Assembly: GCA_965197905.1 (NCBI GenBank)
Contig: CBDAOB010000003.1
Location: forward strand, 800,001-864,000
Source of the DNA: Candidatus Latescibacterota bacterium
GTDB lineage: Bacteria; Latescibacterota; UBA2968; UBA8231
Length of the DNA stretch: 64,000 nt
Direction: 5' to 3'
The position numbers and the translations under genes were made by a program. Each line of letters starts with the position of its first letter. Position 1 is the stretch's first letter. The notes below the pieces were generated by a model, which was not told where the DNA came from, made no database searches, and was given only the letters and a program-made list of their open reading frames with translations. This document shows positions 45,891 through 55,869 of the stretch, one piece after another.

Positions 45891-47825
45891 CTATTGAGTC
45901 CGCGGCGTATTACGGAAGGCGGTTGCTTTCTCGATCGCCTTGGCAGCGCTTTTCTCGTCCCCCAGGTCCAAGTAAATCCGACTGAGAAGCAGGTAGAGTT
46001 CGGCGGTCGGTTGTGTCAGCAGCCCCAGGTTGCAGACCTCGGCTGCGCGTTGCGGCCTTCCATCTTCCCTCAACGACCGAGCGGCGAGATATAGGTACTC
46101 GCTGCTGTGTGGCATTCGCAGCGCCACCTCCATAGCTGCCTCTGCCGACCTGTCAAAACGCCCGGACTCGAACATCGCCCATGCCAACCCTTGGGCACTA
46201 TTGATTCTTGCAGGCTCGTACGAAAGCGATCGTTCAAAAGCCAGTATCGCCAGGTCATGCTGACTCAGTATCCTGTACCGATGTCCCATATTGTGATTTG
46301 CAACGGCCATCACGTGAGCAAAGCGGTGGCGCTGGTCGGCTATCCGCTCTAGTTCCGCAATCGATTGCGTTCCCTTCGCCCTGGTCGCGGCATCTTCACT
46401 GAGCGACTCAGTTACCGCTGAAACGGCTTTCAGATTGAAGTCGTCAGGGAATTCCGCCAGACCGTCCTGCAGCAACCCTGCATAGTCCTCACCTGATGTC
46501 AGAGCCAGCGTAATCAGCTTCATATACGCGGTGTCCCGAGGTATGAGATCACCCGCACCAGCCAGGCCCTGTCGCAGCAGTTGTGCTGCTTTTCGATCAT
46601 CACCCGCTGCGAAGTAATAGCGGCCGGAACGGTAAAGGGAGACGAGCTCCGTTTTTTTCAGGGCAGCGTAGCTGGATAGAAGGACCGTGAGAGTAAGCAT
46701 CGGAAAAAGGAGAAGAGCCACCACCTTGTTGCGCACCGCCACCCAACAACAGCCACGTTGAAGCAGCCATGCGAGCAGCATCGATGACCCTGCCGAGGCC
46801 AGGTAGATATAGCGCGAAATGCCAGAGTGTATCAGGGTGACCGGCACGAAAGGAGCAAGAGTGCATAAGGTCCAGACCGACCACAGGCTGACAGGCATTG
46901 GTGTCTTCCAAATCAGCCAGGACATGCCTCCCAGCGATCCGGCACCGATCAGCAGCTCCCAATCGTGTTGCTCGTGCAACGGAATCGGCATCCAATGGGC
47001 CGTGGTCAGAAGTCTACCGGCAAGCCAAAGGGCAGAACGCAGCAGATCTCCCAACACCGAGCCGGATTCTCCGCGCTCGGGGTCCAATGCCAACCAGGTC
47101 GTAGTGTCCTGGGAGGTGAAGCTCAGCGAGGCGGTGCTTACCCCGGCTGCCATCAGCGTCACCGGCAGCAAGCGCCACAGAGAACGCCTCAGCCGCACTC
47201 CATGGAGATAGGACAGGTAGAGACAGACAGGCACTACAGCTGCCACGGCCATGTGACTCAAAAGCCCCAGGACGACGAACAAGTGGAAGGCGACGAGCCA
47301 GAGGATTCGCGACGATTTGAGGTGTTCGCCGAAACATGCCAGGGCGGCCAGTCCCCACAACAGCGCCAGGGGATAGTCCATGGCAGAGATCCAATGGACG
47401 GCACTGAAGTGCGCCGCGTTGGCGAGGAACAGCATGCCTCCGAGGAAGCTGATCTCGGGGTTCGAACCCAGACGGCAGGCGACAGCCGCCAGGAGGATGC
47501 TGGCCACCGCGTGAATGGCAACCACCAACATGTGAAAGACGCCTGGATTGTTGCCCGCCACGGTATACGCAATCCACTTGGTGAATTCGGCAAGGGGTCT
47601 CCCGGAACCGAGCTCTTTATCTTCGGGAGACTGGAAGAAGTACCAGAAGTCGTCACTGATAGCGATATTGTCCCTGAAGGTGCTGGCGTCATCAATACCC
47701 TGAGGGTGGTGCCTGAGGTTGCCGAACAGAACAGCAGTAAGGGCCGCCATGAGGGCGGCGTAGATAAGCCAGGAGCGTCGGCCTGCTGGGATCGAAAACA
47801 GGGTAGGAATCAAAGTCGAACACAT
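45891..47825 (-). CDS. Membrane protein with C-terminal TPRs, TMTC-like GT-C glycosyltransferase candidate
   Basis: IDD...GRPL...FH...H...AHFSAVHWISA...RYIYLAS, then TPR-like helices. Confidence 0.75.
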   Translation of the reverse strand: MCSTLIPTLFSIPAGRRSWLIYAALMAALTAVLFGNLRHHPQGIDDASTFRDNIAISDDFWYFFQSPEDKELGSGRPLAEFTKWIAYTVAGNNPGVFHMLVVAIHAVASILLAAVACRLGSNPEISFLGGMLFLANAAHFSAVHWISAMDYPLALLWGLAALACFGEHLKSSRILWLVAFHLFVVLGLLSHMAVAAVVPVCLYLSYLHGVRLRRSLWRLLPVTLMAAGVSTASLSFTSQDTTTWLALDPERGESGSVLGDLLRSALWLAGRLLTTAHWMPIPLHEQHDWELLIGAGSLGGMSWLIWKTPMPVSLWSVWTLCTLAPFVPVTLIHSGISRYIYLASAGSSMLLAWLLQRGCCWVAVRNKVVALLLFPMLTLTVLLSSYAALKKTELVSLYRSGRYYFAAGDDRKAAQLLRQGLAGAGDLIPRDTAYMKLITLALTSGEDYAGLLQDGLAEFPDDFNLKAVSAVTESLSEDAATRAKGTQSIAELERIADQRHRFAHVMAVANHNMGHRYRILSQHDLAILAFERSLSYEPARINSAQGLAWAMFESGRFDRSAEAAMEVALRMPHSSEYLYLAARSLREDGRPQRAAEVCNLGLLTQPTAELYLLLSRIYLDLGDEKSAAKAIEKATAFRNTPRTQ

Positions 47826-47993
47826 GCTCCGAATATCGAGAAGGCTTCTATTCGATGACGCCGGCGGGCGAAAGATCAACGGCCCCCGGTCGACAGTCAA
47901 GAACGACCGCCGTTGGAGCAAACCGGGGGCGTAACGTAACTTTGGCACCCTTTAGCGCTACGCGTTGCAACCGTCTTGCACCAAGGAGTCACA

Positions 47994-49333
47994 TTGGCTA
48001 GGGCCAAGCTTACCACAGGTCCGGTATATCGGGTGCTCCTCCGCCTGGCGATGCCGATGATCATCGGACTGCTCTCGGTCATCTTCTTCAATCTTGCTGA
48101 TACCTATTTCGTGTCCCGACTGGGCACGGAAAAGCTGGCCGCTATGAGTTTCACGTTCCCCGTCGTGATGGTCCTTTTCGGGATTTCATTTTCATTGAGC
48201 ACAGGTACCACCTCTGTGGTGTCGCGCGCCATCGGACGTGGCGACGAGGGTGCCATCAAACGCTTCGCATCCGACAGCCTGACTCTATCCTTTCTCGTGG
48301 TGGCGATCGTAGCGGGGGCGGGCATGGTTACGATCGATCCATTGTTTACTCTGATGGGGGCCAGTCCCGAGGTTCTGCCCTTCATACGGGACTACATGTT
48401 CATCTGGTATCCAGGCATCGCTTTCCTGGTCGTGCCGATGGTCGCCAACGCTTCCATTCGTGCCAGCGGTGACACCAAGTTTCCGGCTATGATGATGGTG
48501 GGTGCGATGGTCACCAATCTGGTCCTCGATCCGATTATGATTTTCGGGATGTTCGGGTTCCCGCGCATGGAGCTGAAGGGTGCGGCGTGGGCGACGGTGA
48601 TCTCACGCGCCGGCACGATGGTCGCTGCCCTCGCCATTCTACACTTTCGCGAGCGTCTGCTGGATTTTCGCACAGCATCGCTTGCCCAGGTTTGGCAGTC
48701 ATGGCGGGCGATTCTCGCCATCGCGGTACCGGTTGCTGCCACCAACATCATGCAGCCGGTGGCCATGGGTGTGTGACGCGCCTGATCGCGCAATTCGGAC
48801 CGGCGGCGGTGGCGGCCTGGGGCGCCGGCGAGCGCGTAACCGCCTTTGCGCTCATACCCGTCATGGCTGTCTGCTCGGCGCTGGTGCCCATTGTGGGTCA
48901 GAACTGGGGAGCGCAGGAGTATGAGAGGGTGAACGAGGCGCGGCGCTACGGCTATCTATTCTCGGTGGGTTGGGGGGTGCTGGTTCTTGGTGGGATGTGG
49001 CTGGTGGCAGATTCAGTAGCGAACGTCTTCAGCACAGAACCCGGTGTGCTCCGGGAAATAATGAGTTACCTCTGGATCATGCCGTTCGGCTACGCTCTCT
49101 ACGGTGTCCTGAATGTCAGTGAAGAGACCTTGAACGCGGTGGGCCGGCCTATGGTCGCCGCGCTCCAGACCTTGATCCACATGTTTGTATTCTACGCGCC
49201 GCTGGCTCTCCTGGGTGCATATCTGCTGGGTTTCGCCGGTCTGCTCTGGGGCGTGACCGTGGCGAATCTGCTTGGGGGTGCCGTGGCGTACGGATTGTCG
49301 CAATCGGTCTGTTTGCGCGGTCCCAGATCTTAG
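47994..49333 (+). pseudogene. MATE efflux transporter with a single-base frameshift near 48773
   Basis: AAGGAG RBS then TTG; LAMPM...DTYFVSRLG..LAAMSFTFP; RASGDTK; NLVLDPIMIFG; ATG GGT GTG TGA, continuing as VTRLIAQFGPAAVAAWG in a shifted frame. Confidence 0.85.
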
Positions 49334-49357
49334 TGTCGTGTCTCCGAGACACGACAC
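49333..49357. terminator. Perfect inverted repeat between convergent genes
   Basis: GTGTCGTGTCTC-C-GAGACACGACAC occupies the whole gap between two stop codons. Confidence 0.6.
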
Positions 49358-49819
49358 CTAGCCTGCAACCGACGATCTGTCTGCACGACGACGCCCTTCT
49401 CGTCGCACGGCGCCGCCAAGCACTAGTCCGGCGCTAACCAGAGCCAGGTTCTTAACGATGTACTGACCCTCCAGTGTTAGGCCGTACGGTACCGTGGTAA
49501 AACAAATATCTGGCAAGAGCAGCAGCGGAAGGGCGGTTCCGGGCATCTGCAAGAAAAGGAGTAGAACGCCCACGCGAGCCAGCGGTCGAACGACCAGGCA
49601 AATCCCGATGGCTACTTCCCACCAGCCGAGAATGGGCACGAAGAATTCGGGAGGAAGCCAGTAAACGGTGCGCTCGACCAATGCCTGTGCCGGGCTGATG
49701 CCAAATGGTTTCAGAATTCCGAACCAGACGAAGATGATGCCGAGGGAAATGCGCAGCGCCGGCGTTCCCCAGCGCGACATCCAGTTGGCGATTGCCAGGT
49801 CGATTCGCTCAAAGTTCAC
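49358..49819 (-). CDS. DoxX-like membrane protein
   Basis: LRISLGIIFVWFGILK, EVAIG, LTLEGQYIVKNL. Confidence 0.85.
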   Translation of the reverse strand: MNFERIDLAIANWMSRWGTPALRISLGIIFVWFGILKPFGISPAQALVERTVYWLPPEFFVPILGWWEVAIGICLVVRPLARVGVLLLFLQMPGTALPLLLLPDICFTTVPYGLTLEGQYIVKNLALVSAGLVLGGAVRREGRRRADRSSVAG

Positions 49820-49822
49820 GGT

Positions 49823-50848
49823 TCAGTCGCGTCCCTCTGCCGCGCGAGGATATTCCACCACTTCTCGCAAAACAACGCCGCCATTCCGCTGGCGAACCTG
49901 CAGCTCAACTTCAAGGGTCCGGTCCGTCCAGCGAAAGTCGAGGATGCCGTAGTTGAGCTCCTTATGGAATTCGCCCAGTCGATGGCGGTTGGGCTCCTCC
50001 GTAAGGCTGGTGTAGCTGTGGGTCATGCCGCTGGCAGTGACTTCGTAGACCGGATAGTCGATCGCGGGGTGCGTCATTCGGGAGATCTCCGCGAGGTGAC
50101 GGTCGCCGCTGAGGAACAGGACTCTTGATGTCCGGGCGCGACCGATGATATGGAAGAGTCGCTCTCTGGATTTAGGGAAGTTCGCCCACTTCTCGTACTG
50201 GTGGTCCTCGGGTAGCACCTGGATGCTGGACGCCACGATATGGACGTCGGCAGCACTTTCGGTCAGTCTTTTTTCCAGCCAGGTCCACTGGGCGTTTCCC
50301 AGGACATCTGCCTCGGGACCCGGTGCCTCCCGGTGATATCGGGTGTCGAGGAGAATCACCTGGATTCGCCGGTGGGGCGGACCGTAGCTGTAGGCGGCAT
50401 ACACTCCCTCCTGACGGCGACGCTGGCTCGCGGCCGGTTCGCCGAGAAAGTCGAGGAGCAGCGCCTGACTCTCCCGCTTTGCCTCGAACTCTTTTCCGCC
50501 ATTGTTCTTTCCGTAGTCGTGATCGTCCCACGTACCGATGACGGGGCAGAGGCGCAATAGCTGTTTGTATTCAGGCCGCTGTAGCTGGGCGTGATATTTT
50601 GCCCGCATCACGTTCGTATCCGCGGTATCTGCGTAGATGTTATCTCCCAACCATATCCAGAGATCCGGATCGTTGGCTACGACGGCGGACCATAGTGGCT
50701 GGGGCAAGTCCTGGTGATTGCACGAGCCAAACGCAATGCGCTCGATGTATCCTGCTTCGTCAGCACCCCACACCGGCGAGGCATTCGCAAGGAACATCGC
50801 CAGAGCAATGCCAAGAAAAGCTGTCTTTGCGGGACGACGAACCTCCAT
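49823..50848 (-). CDS. phoD: PhoD-like alkaline phosphatase/phosphodiesterase
   Basis: IAFGSC, WLGDNIYAD, WDDHDYG.N, LLDTRY, LG..QW.WL, SGDRH; signal peptide. Confidence 0.88.
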   Translation of the reverse strand: MEVRRPAKTAFLGIALAMFLANASPVWGADEAGYIERIAFGSCNHQDLPQPLWSAVVANDPDLWIWLGDNIYADTADTNVMRAKYHAQLQRPEYKQLLRLCPVIGTWDDHDYGKNNGGKEFEAKRESQALLLDFLGEPAASQRRRQEGVYAAYSYGPPHRRIQVILLDTRYHREAPGPEADVLGNAQWTWLEKRLTESAADVHIVASSIQVLPEDHQYEKWANFPKSRERLFHIIGRARTSRVLFLSGDRHLAEISRMTHPAIDYPVYEVTASGMTHSYTSLTEEPNRHRLGEFHKELNYGILDFRWTDRTLEVELQVRQRNGGVVLREVVEYPRAAEGRD

Positions 50849-50877
50849 CCCTGTGGCGGAGAGGCGGGCTCGCCAGC

Positions 50878-53148
50878 TCACAGCTGCCCGGAAATGGCCA
50901 GGGAAACTCGGCGCGTCGGGCGAATCTTGCGCTCGGTCAGCACGTAATGATACTGCAGCAGATTGTCGACGCGAAGGTTCAACTCCACGGGCCCCAAGCG
51001 CCTGCGGGCGAAAAGATCGGTGAGGTAGACCGATTGGAAGTCTCGCCGGCATTCGGGAAATAGACCCGACACACGCTCGAAACGACTCAAGTAGCGGAAG
51101 CCGCTGCCGATCGTGGTGTTTCTCCAGGTCGCTTCCAACTCAGTCGTCAGCTGATGGCGAGATCGGTACGGCAGCGGGGCCGAACTTCCCGGGGTCAGGT
51201 CTGCGCTGCAAAAAGGGGGCAATATCACATCTTTGGCGAGGAACTCCACCGCGTCAAGGAAGGTGTAACCCGCTCGCCAACGCATCCCCATTGGCAGCGC
51301 AACCTGGGTTGAGAATTCGGCGCCGCGAACCCTGGCTTTCGAGAGATTGCGGAAGCGGGCAACGGGCACCGGGGAATCGGCCAGGGGATCGGGCCGCGCC
51401 TCCACCAGGTCTTCGTACTCACTCCAGAATATCGCACCGTCGGTCGAGACCCGGTCGCCAAGAAGCTGGCGTATGCCGGTCTCGTAGGACCAGCTGTGCT
51501 CGGAACGAAGATTGGGATCGGCGCAGACCAGAACGCCCGACACTTCGGCCTGGGTATGGATCTCCGAAACCGAAGGAGCGCGGAATCCGCGGCCCGCCGA
51601 GGCACGCAACGCGGTGCTTTCGGCAAGTCGGTAGGAAAAGCCAATTTGGGGGCTCAGCCTCGTTTCGTTCCTTCGTCTCGCGCGCCCGAAGTCTACCTGC
51701 GGACAGAGGGTCCCGCCCGTTCCGGCACCGCCGCGGCGGTGATGGTCGAGACGAAGGCCCAAGGCCAGATCGAGATCCTGGCTCACGGCAACTTCCCCCT
51801 GGGAAAACAGGGCGAAGGTTGTTACCGTTCGCCGCCCGAGGAAATCTGCCGGTGACCGTACCATATCCACCGTGGCGAAACTGCCCCCGGTCACTTTCGT
51901 GTTTCGCCAGCCGGTGTAGTCTACCTGCACCTCGGAGCCAACCTTGTGGGCCGACGAGCTGAGGCTGCCAGCTGCGGCGGTGTTGTCGAATCCGGTGCGA
52001 TAGTAGAACCCGCGCAGACTATAGCTGGCGTTCGGGTTGACAAGGCGTTGCACCTCCGAGTTCAGGTTGAATTTCCAGGAGGCGGTGGAGGCCTGACGGT
52101 CCTCGTTGGGGACCTCGAGCGGTCGTGAGCGGTCTTTCCACTGCAAGAAAACGCCGTGGTCATCCAAGGCCCACAACCCCTGGGTCGTCCAGGTGGTGCG
52201 GGTGAATCGATGTACGCCTTTGGCGTAGAGATTGTACCTTCTGAAATCGTCGTTTTCGTGGTAACCGGTGCTGCGCTTGAGTCCCACTGCAGCCACGAGG
52301 CCGGTGGCGCCTATGGTGCGGTTGTGGCTCGCGTCGGCACCGGTGAGATACATCGGTTCATCGCGCCAGCGCCATGACCTGTGGGCGGGTTGGCTGAAGA
52401 GCCCGCTGACCAGGCGATACTCGGTCCGAGTCTCGTCTATCGGTTGGCGGGTTATGAGATTGATGACTCCGCCCAACGCCCCGGTCCCGTAGAGGGCGGA
52501 CCCCGGCCCTTTGATGATCTCCATGCGTTCGACCTCGCCCACCGGAATCGCATCCCACTTGATGTCCCCCAGATCGGCGGAGAGTAGCGGAAAACCATCC
52601 ATCAAGAGAAGAACTCGGCTGCCGGTTCCGCGACTGAACCCGCTGGAGCCCCGGATGTTTATTTGGCCGCCGATCTGGCTGACTCCGGATTGATAGCGCA
52701 GCGGCGCGGCCAGAGTGAACGAATTGTGGGCGGCGATCTGCCTGGCGCTGGCTACGCCCATACTGATCGGCGTTTCAACAAAGGTCTGGGTCCGTCGCGT
52801 TGCGGATACGATGACCCCGGGCAAGGTGATAGCGGATGGGGTGAGCTCGATTTCGACGGTGAGATCGCGGGTTAAATCGACGCTGAATCTGCGAGGACGG
52901 TATCCAAGGCAGGAAACCACCAGCTCATAGGACCCAGATGGCAGCCGGGACACGACGAACCGTCCGGCTGAATCGGCGTAGGATCCGATTCCGGTGCCAG
53001 CAACGGCAACGACGGCTCCGGACAGGGGAGCGCCATCGTCCGTGCTCGAAACCCTTCCTCTAACGCTCCGCAGCTCACTCGCCTGCGGCCAGCTGCTCCA
53101 GAAGAGCAGCAGGAAGAGCGTTGCGACAGACATCGGTGCCGGCCGCAT
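50878..53148 (-). CDS. TonB-dependent receptor with N-terminal carboxypeptidase-regulatory-like domain
   Basis: VRGRVSS.DDGAPLSGA; INIRGSSG; ERMEIIKGPGSALYG.GALGGVINLIT; GFRAPS; DNLL. Start 53148 or 53133. Confidence 0.92.
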   Translation of the reverse strand: MRPAPMSVATLFLLLFWSSWPQASELRSVRGRVSSTDDGAPLSGAVVAVAGTGIGSYADSAGRFVVSRLPSGSYELVVSCLGYRPRRFSVDLTRDLTVEIELTPSAITLPGVIVSATRRTQTFVETPISMGVASARQIAAHNSFTLAAPLRYQSGVSQIGGQINIRGSSGFSRGTGSRVLLLMDGFPLLSADLGDIKWDAIPVGEVERMEIIKGPGSALYGTGALGGVINLITRQPIDETRTEYRLVSGLFSQPAHRSWRWRDEPMYLTGADASHNRTIGATGLVAAVGLKRSTGYHENDDFRRYNLYAKGVHRFTRTTWTTQGLWALDDHGVFLQWKDRSRPLEVPNEDRQASTASWKFNLNSEVQRLVNPNASYSLRGFYYRTGFDNTAAAGSLSSSAHKVGSEVQVDYTGWRNTKVTGGSFATVDMVRSPADFLGRRTVTTFALFSQGEVAVSQDLDLALGLRLDHHRRGGAGTGGTLCPQVDFGRARRRNETRLSPQIGFSYRLAESTALRASAGRGFRAPSVSEIHTQAEVSGVLVCADPNLRSEHSWSYETGIRQLLGDRVSTDGAIFWSEYEDLVEARPDPLADSPVPVARFRNLSKARVRGAEFSTQVALPMGMRWRAGYTFLDAVEFLAKDVILPPFCSADLTPGSSAPLPYRSRHQLTTELEATWRNTTIGSGFRYLSRFERVSGLFPECRRDFQSVYLTDLFARRRLGPVELNLRVDNLLQYHYVLTERKIRPTRRVSLAISGQL

Positions 53149-53617
53149 TCTCTTCTTGCAACGTGGCAAAGTCAATAACGATATCAACTTCCTCCGTAAT
53201 CTCGCCCCGTTCCACCTCGACCGCGGTTGGCAAAGTGGCCCCGGTTAGGTGATAACATCCAAGCAGCGAGTTGAAGTTCCAAAAGCTGTCTTCTTCCCTC
53301 CATGCCACAACGATCCATCGGTAGACGCCGGCGCGCTGCACCGGAACCAGATAGTCGTACGCGGAAACGCCAAGGGGCGTATCCGTATCGCTGCCTGCCA
53401 GAGTGAAAAAGTCGTCGACGGTTGAGGGGGCATCCTGATACACGGCAACGGCGACCTGGGCAATGTTCGACGGCCAATCGCCACGGAAGCTCAACCGTCC
53501 CGATATCCCGGCTGGTCCTTCCGGTGCGGACGGCAGACCGTGATCGCAGGAGGACCAGACGACAGAACAAACGCAACCGAGGACGGCGAAAACGCGAGTG
53601 ACCCTGGAGAAAATCAC
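53075..53617 (-). CDS. Putative lipoprotein
   Basis: Hydrophobic signal ending WSSC; GISGRLSFRGDWP; sits in the operon upstream of the TBDR. Confidence 0.7.
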   Translation of the reverse strand: MIFSRVTRVFAVLGCVCSVVWSSCDHGLPSAPEGPAGISGRLSFRGDWPSNIAQVAVAVYQDAPSTVDDFFTLAGSDTDTPLGVSAYDYLVPVQRAGVYRWIVVAWREEDSFWNFNSLLGCYHLTGATLPTAVEVERGEITEEVDIVIDFATLQEENAAGTDVCRNALPAALLEQLAAGE

Positions 53618-53631
53618 GGTGCCCTGCAGCG

Positions 53632-54126
53632 TTATTCCGTTTCCTCCTCGCCGGCTACGGCAACGAGATCTGCAACGTCGAATCTCACGCCGTTGTAGAT
53701 GACTTTACCGCCCAGCTGGGGATTTTCCGTGTCGCTCAGATCGAGCGTCATATCCACTTCAACCAAAGCTTCCTGGGAGCCCGAGATCTGCAATTCGCCG
53801 ACTATCGTAAACGGAACGACAAGCACGCCGATGGCCAGCTCACCGTTCACCACCATAGCTCCGTCGGGAGAGTACTCCTCGAAGGACCACATGGTAAGCG
53901 TGATCACCACTTGCCCCGACTCACCCTCGATTACCTGGCCCTCGCTGGATGAAAACAGTTGCTGAGCGTCGATTCCCTCCGCAGCAGAACCCATGGCGGA
54001 TACGACACTCAGGACATCGGTGCTGGTCTGAGGATCGGCGGGATTCGATTTCCCGTTCCCGCCGTCGTCTCCGCAGCCGATCAGGAACGCGGTAATCGCC
54101 ATTAGACTGGCTCTGTTGTAGAACAT
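53632..54126 (-). CDS. Putative lipoprotein
   Basis: AGGAG RBS; lipobox LIGC followed by GDDGGNG. Confidence 0.72.
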   Translation of the reverse strand: MFYNRASLMAITAFLIGCGDDGGNGKSNPADPQTSTDVLSVVSAMGSAAEGIDAQQLFSSSEGQVIEGESGQVVITLTMWSFEEYSPDGAMVVNGELAIGVLVVPFTIVGELQISGSQEALVEVDMTLDLSDTENPQLGGKVIYNGVRFDVADLVAVAGEEETE

Positions 54127-54216
54127 CGGTTGCTCCTATGGATTGACTGTAAGGTTCCGGCGCGCCATCCAAAGATTCAATGGAATGAATGGAGCGTATC
54201 CGATCGTCGCAAGTTT

Positions 54217-55749
54217 CTAGGCTCCGGCTTCGCCGAGAATCGCGTGCGCTGCATTGTGGCCCGGCGCCCCCGACACCTCCCCGCCCGGGTGTGTGCCGGC
54301 GCCGCAGAGCCAGAGCCCGTCGATAGGCGTTTTGTATTCGGCCCATCCAGGCAGGGGCCGGCGGGAGAACATCTGTCCCGGTGTTGCATCGAGATGATGG
54401 ATGTTGCCATCGGTCAGATAGACCCTTCGTTCGAGATCCAGCGGTGTGAACAGCTTCCACTCTCGAATAGCAGCGCGGAAATTAGGCGCATACGCCACGA
54501 CCGAATCGATCAGCGCTTCCCCCACCTCCTGCCGCCGTTCGTCCCAGGTACCCGAAGCGAGATGGACCGGAGCGTATTCGCTGAAGATTGACAGTACGTG
54601 TTTTCCCTTCGGGCAGATAGTGTCGTCGTAGATAGAGGGAATCTGGATCGACATGACGGGATCGCGTGACGGCAGACCGGCGCGGGCGTCGTTCCAGGCG
54701 CGCTCCACGTAGTCGACCGACGGCGAGATCCAGACGCGAGCGGTGATGTGCGGATCATAGTTCTCGCCGAGATAGGCAGAGAAGTCCGGAAGTGTGTCCA
54801 AGGAGGCATGGAACTTCAGATAGGCGATCTCCGTTTTGAGTCGTGCGACCTGGGAGCGAAAGTCGTCCGTAAGGTGTTGAGACTCCACCAGCTTTAAGAA
54901 GGTGCGCTTCGGATCGGCATTGCTCACCACCATATCGCTTCTGATCTCTTCACCGGAGGTCAGCTCCAACCCCTTAGCCTTACCCTGTTCGACGATCACG
55001 CGCCGCACTTCGCAACCCGTGCGAATGTCTGCGCCGCGGCTCTTGGCGTATTCCGCCATCGCTGCGGTGATCGACCCCATGCCCCCTTTGACAATGCCCA
55101 CAACGCGGACTTCGGTGTCTATATCACCGGGCAGGAAAGGGGAGGGATAGGCGCTGCCAACGGCGCGCGGGTTACCGTGATCACCCGAATGGATGACGGC
55201 GCCCTTCACATGTTCCGACTCGAAGAATTCGTCGACGATATCGGCATGGCAGGTGGTTAGCAGCCTCTCGAAGATCTGCTCGTCACCGGTCTTCCGCGCT
55301 TGCTGTAGAAGGTCGGCGATGGTTGGGGGGGCGGTCAAACCGTACGGACGGGTAATTTCGTGGGCCCTTTCCCAAAAGTCGTTCCAGCGCGGATAGCTTT
55401 CCGCGTCCTTTTCAGAGAAGGATCGAATCGCCTCCGCGTTGCGCTCCACGTCACGCCAGAGGATGAGGTGGCGGCCGTCGGGAAAGGGCCGGAACTCATG
55501 GGGTTGAACGTCGAAGAGCTCGAAACCGTACTTCTGCAGCTCCAGGTCGCGAACGATCTTCGGGTGCAGCGCATAGAGCATGAAGGAACAGCTGGAGAAG
55601 TAGAACTCAGGAAAGAGCTCTTCGGTAACGCAGGCGCCGCCAATGATGTCGCGGCGTTCTAAAACTAGCACTTCGCGGCCGGCATCGGCGAGGTAACCGG
55701 CAGCCACCAACCCGTTGTGTCCGCTTCCAATGATGATCACGTCAGGCAT
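54217..55749 (-). CDS. Phytoene dehydrogenase-like FAD oxidoreductase
   Basis: IIGSGHNGLVAA, LERRDIIGGACVTEE, GGMGSI, LCGAGTHPGGEVSGAPGHNAA. Confidence 0.92.
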   Translation of the reverse strand: MPDVIIIGSGHNGLVAAGYLADAGREVLVLERRDIIGGACVTEELFPEFYFSSCSFMLYALHPKIVRDLELQKYGFELFDVQPHEFRPFPDGRHLILWRDVERNAEAIRSFSEKDAESYPRWNDFWERAHEITRPYGLTAPPTIADLLQQARKTGDEQIFERLLTTCHADIVDEFFESEHVKGAVIHSGDHGNPRAVGSAYPSPFLPGDIDTEVRVVGIVKGGMGSITAAMAEYAKSRGADIRTGCEVRRVIVEQGKAKGLELTSGEEIRSDMVVSNADPKRTFLKLVESQHLTDDFRSQVARLKTEIAYLKFHASLDTLPDFSAYLGENYDPHITARVWISPSVDYVERAWNDARAGLPSRDPVMSIQIPSIYDDTICPKGKHVLSIFSEYAPVHLASGTWDERRQEVGEALIDSVVAYAPNFRAAIREWKLFTPLDLERRVYLTDGNIHHLDATPGQMFSRRPLPGWAEYKTPIDGLWLCGAGTHPGGEVSGAPGHNAAHAILGEAGA

Positions 55750-55869
55750 GAGAATCTCCAGGCGTTGAGTATATGCAGCATTTCCGGTGATGCAATTTGC
55801 CAACCTGACTTGACAGCCATACGCGCCTCAGTACCCTCTGCCCCAGCCATCAACTTCGTCGTCAGCGAC

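Noticed and set aside
47942..47970. Sigma54 promoter (TTGGCAC) upstream of MATE
   Set aside because: No TTGC at the required spacing.
54217..55749. Carotenoid biosynthesis (crtI)
   Set aside because: No crtB/crtE nearby; the sequence fits the broader phytoene-dehydrogenase-like oxidoreductases.
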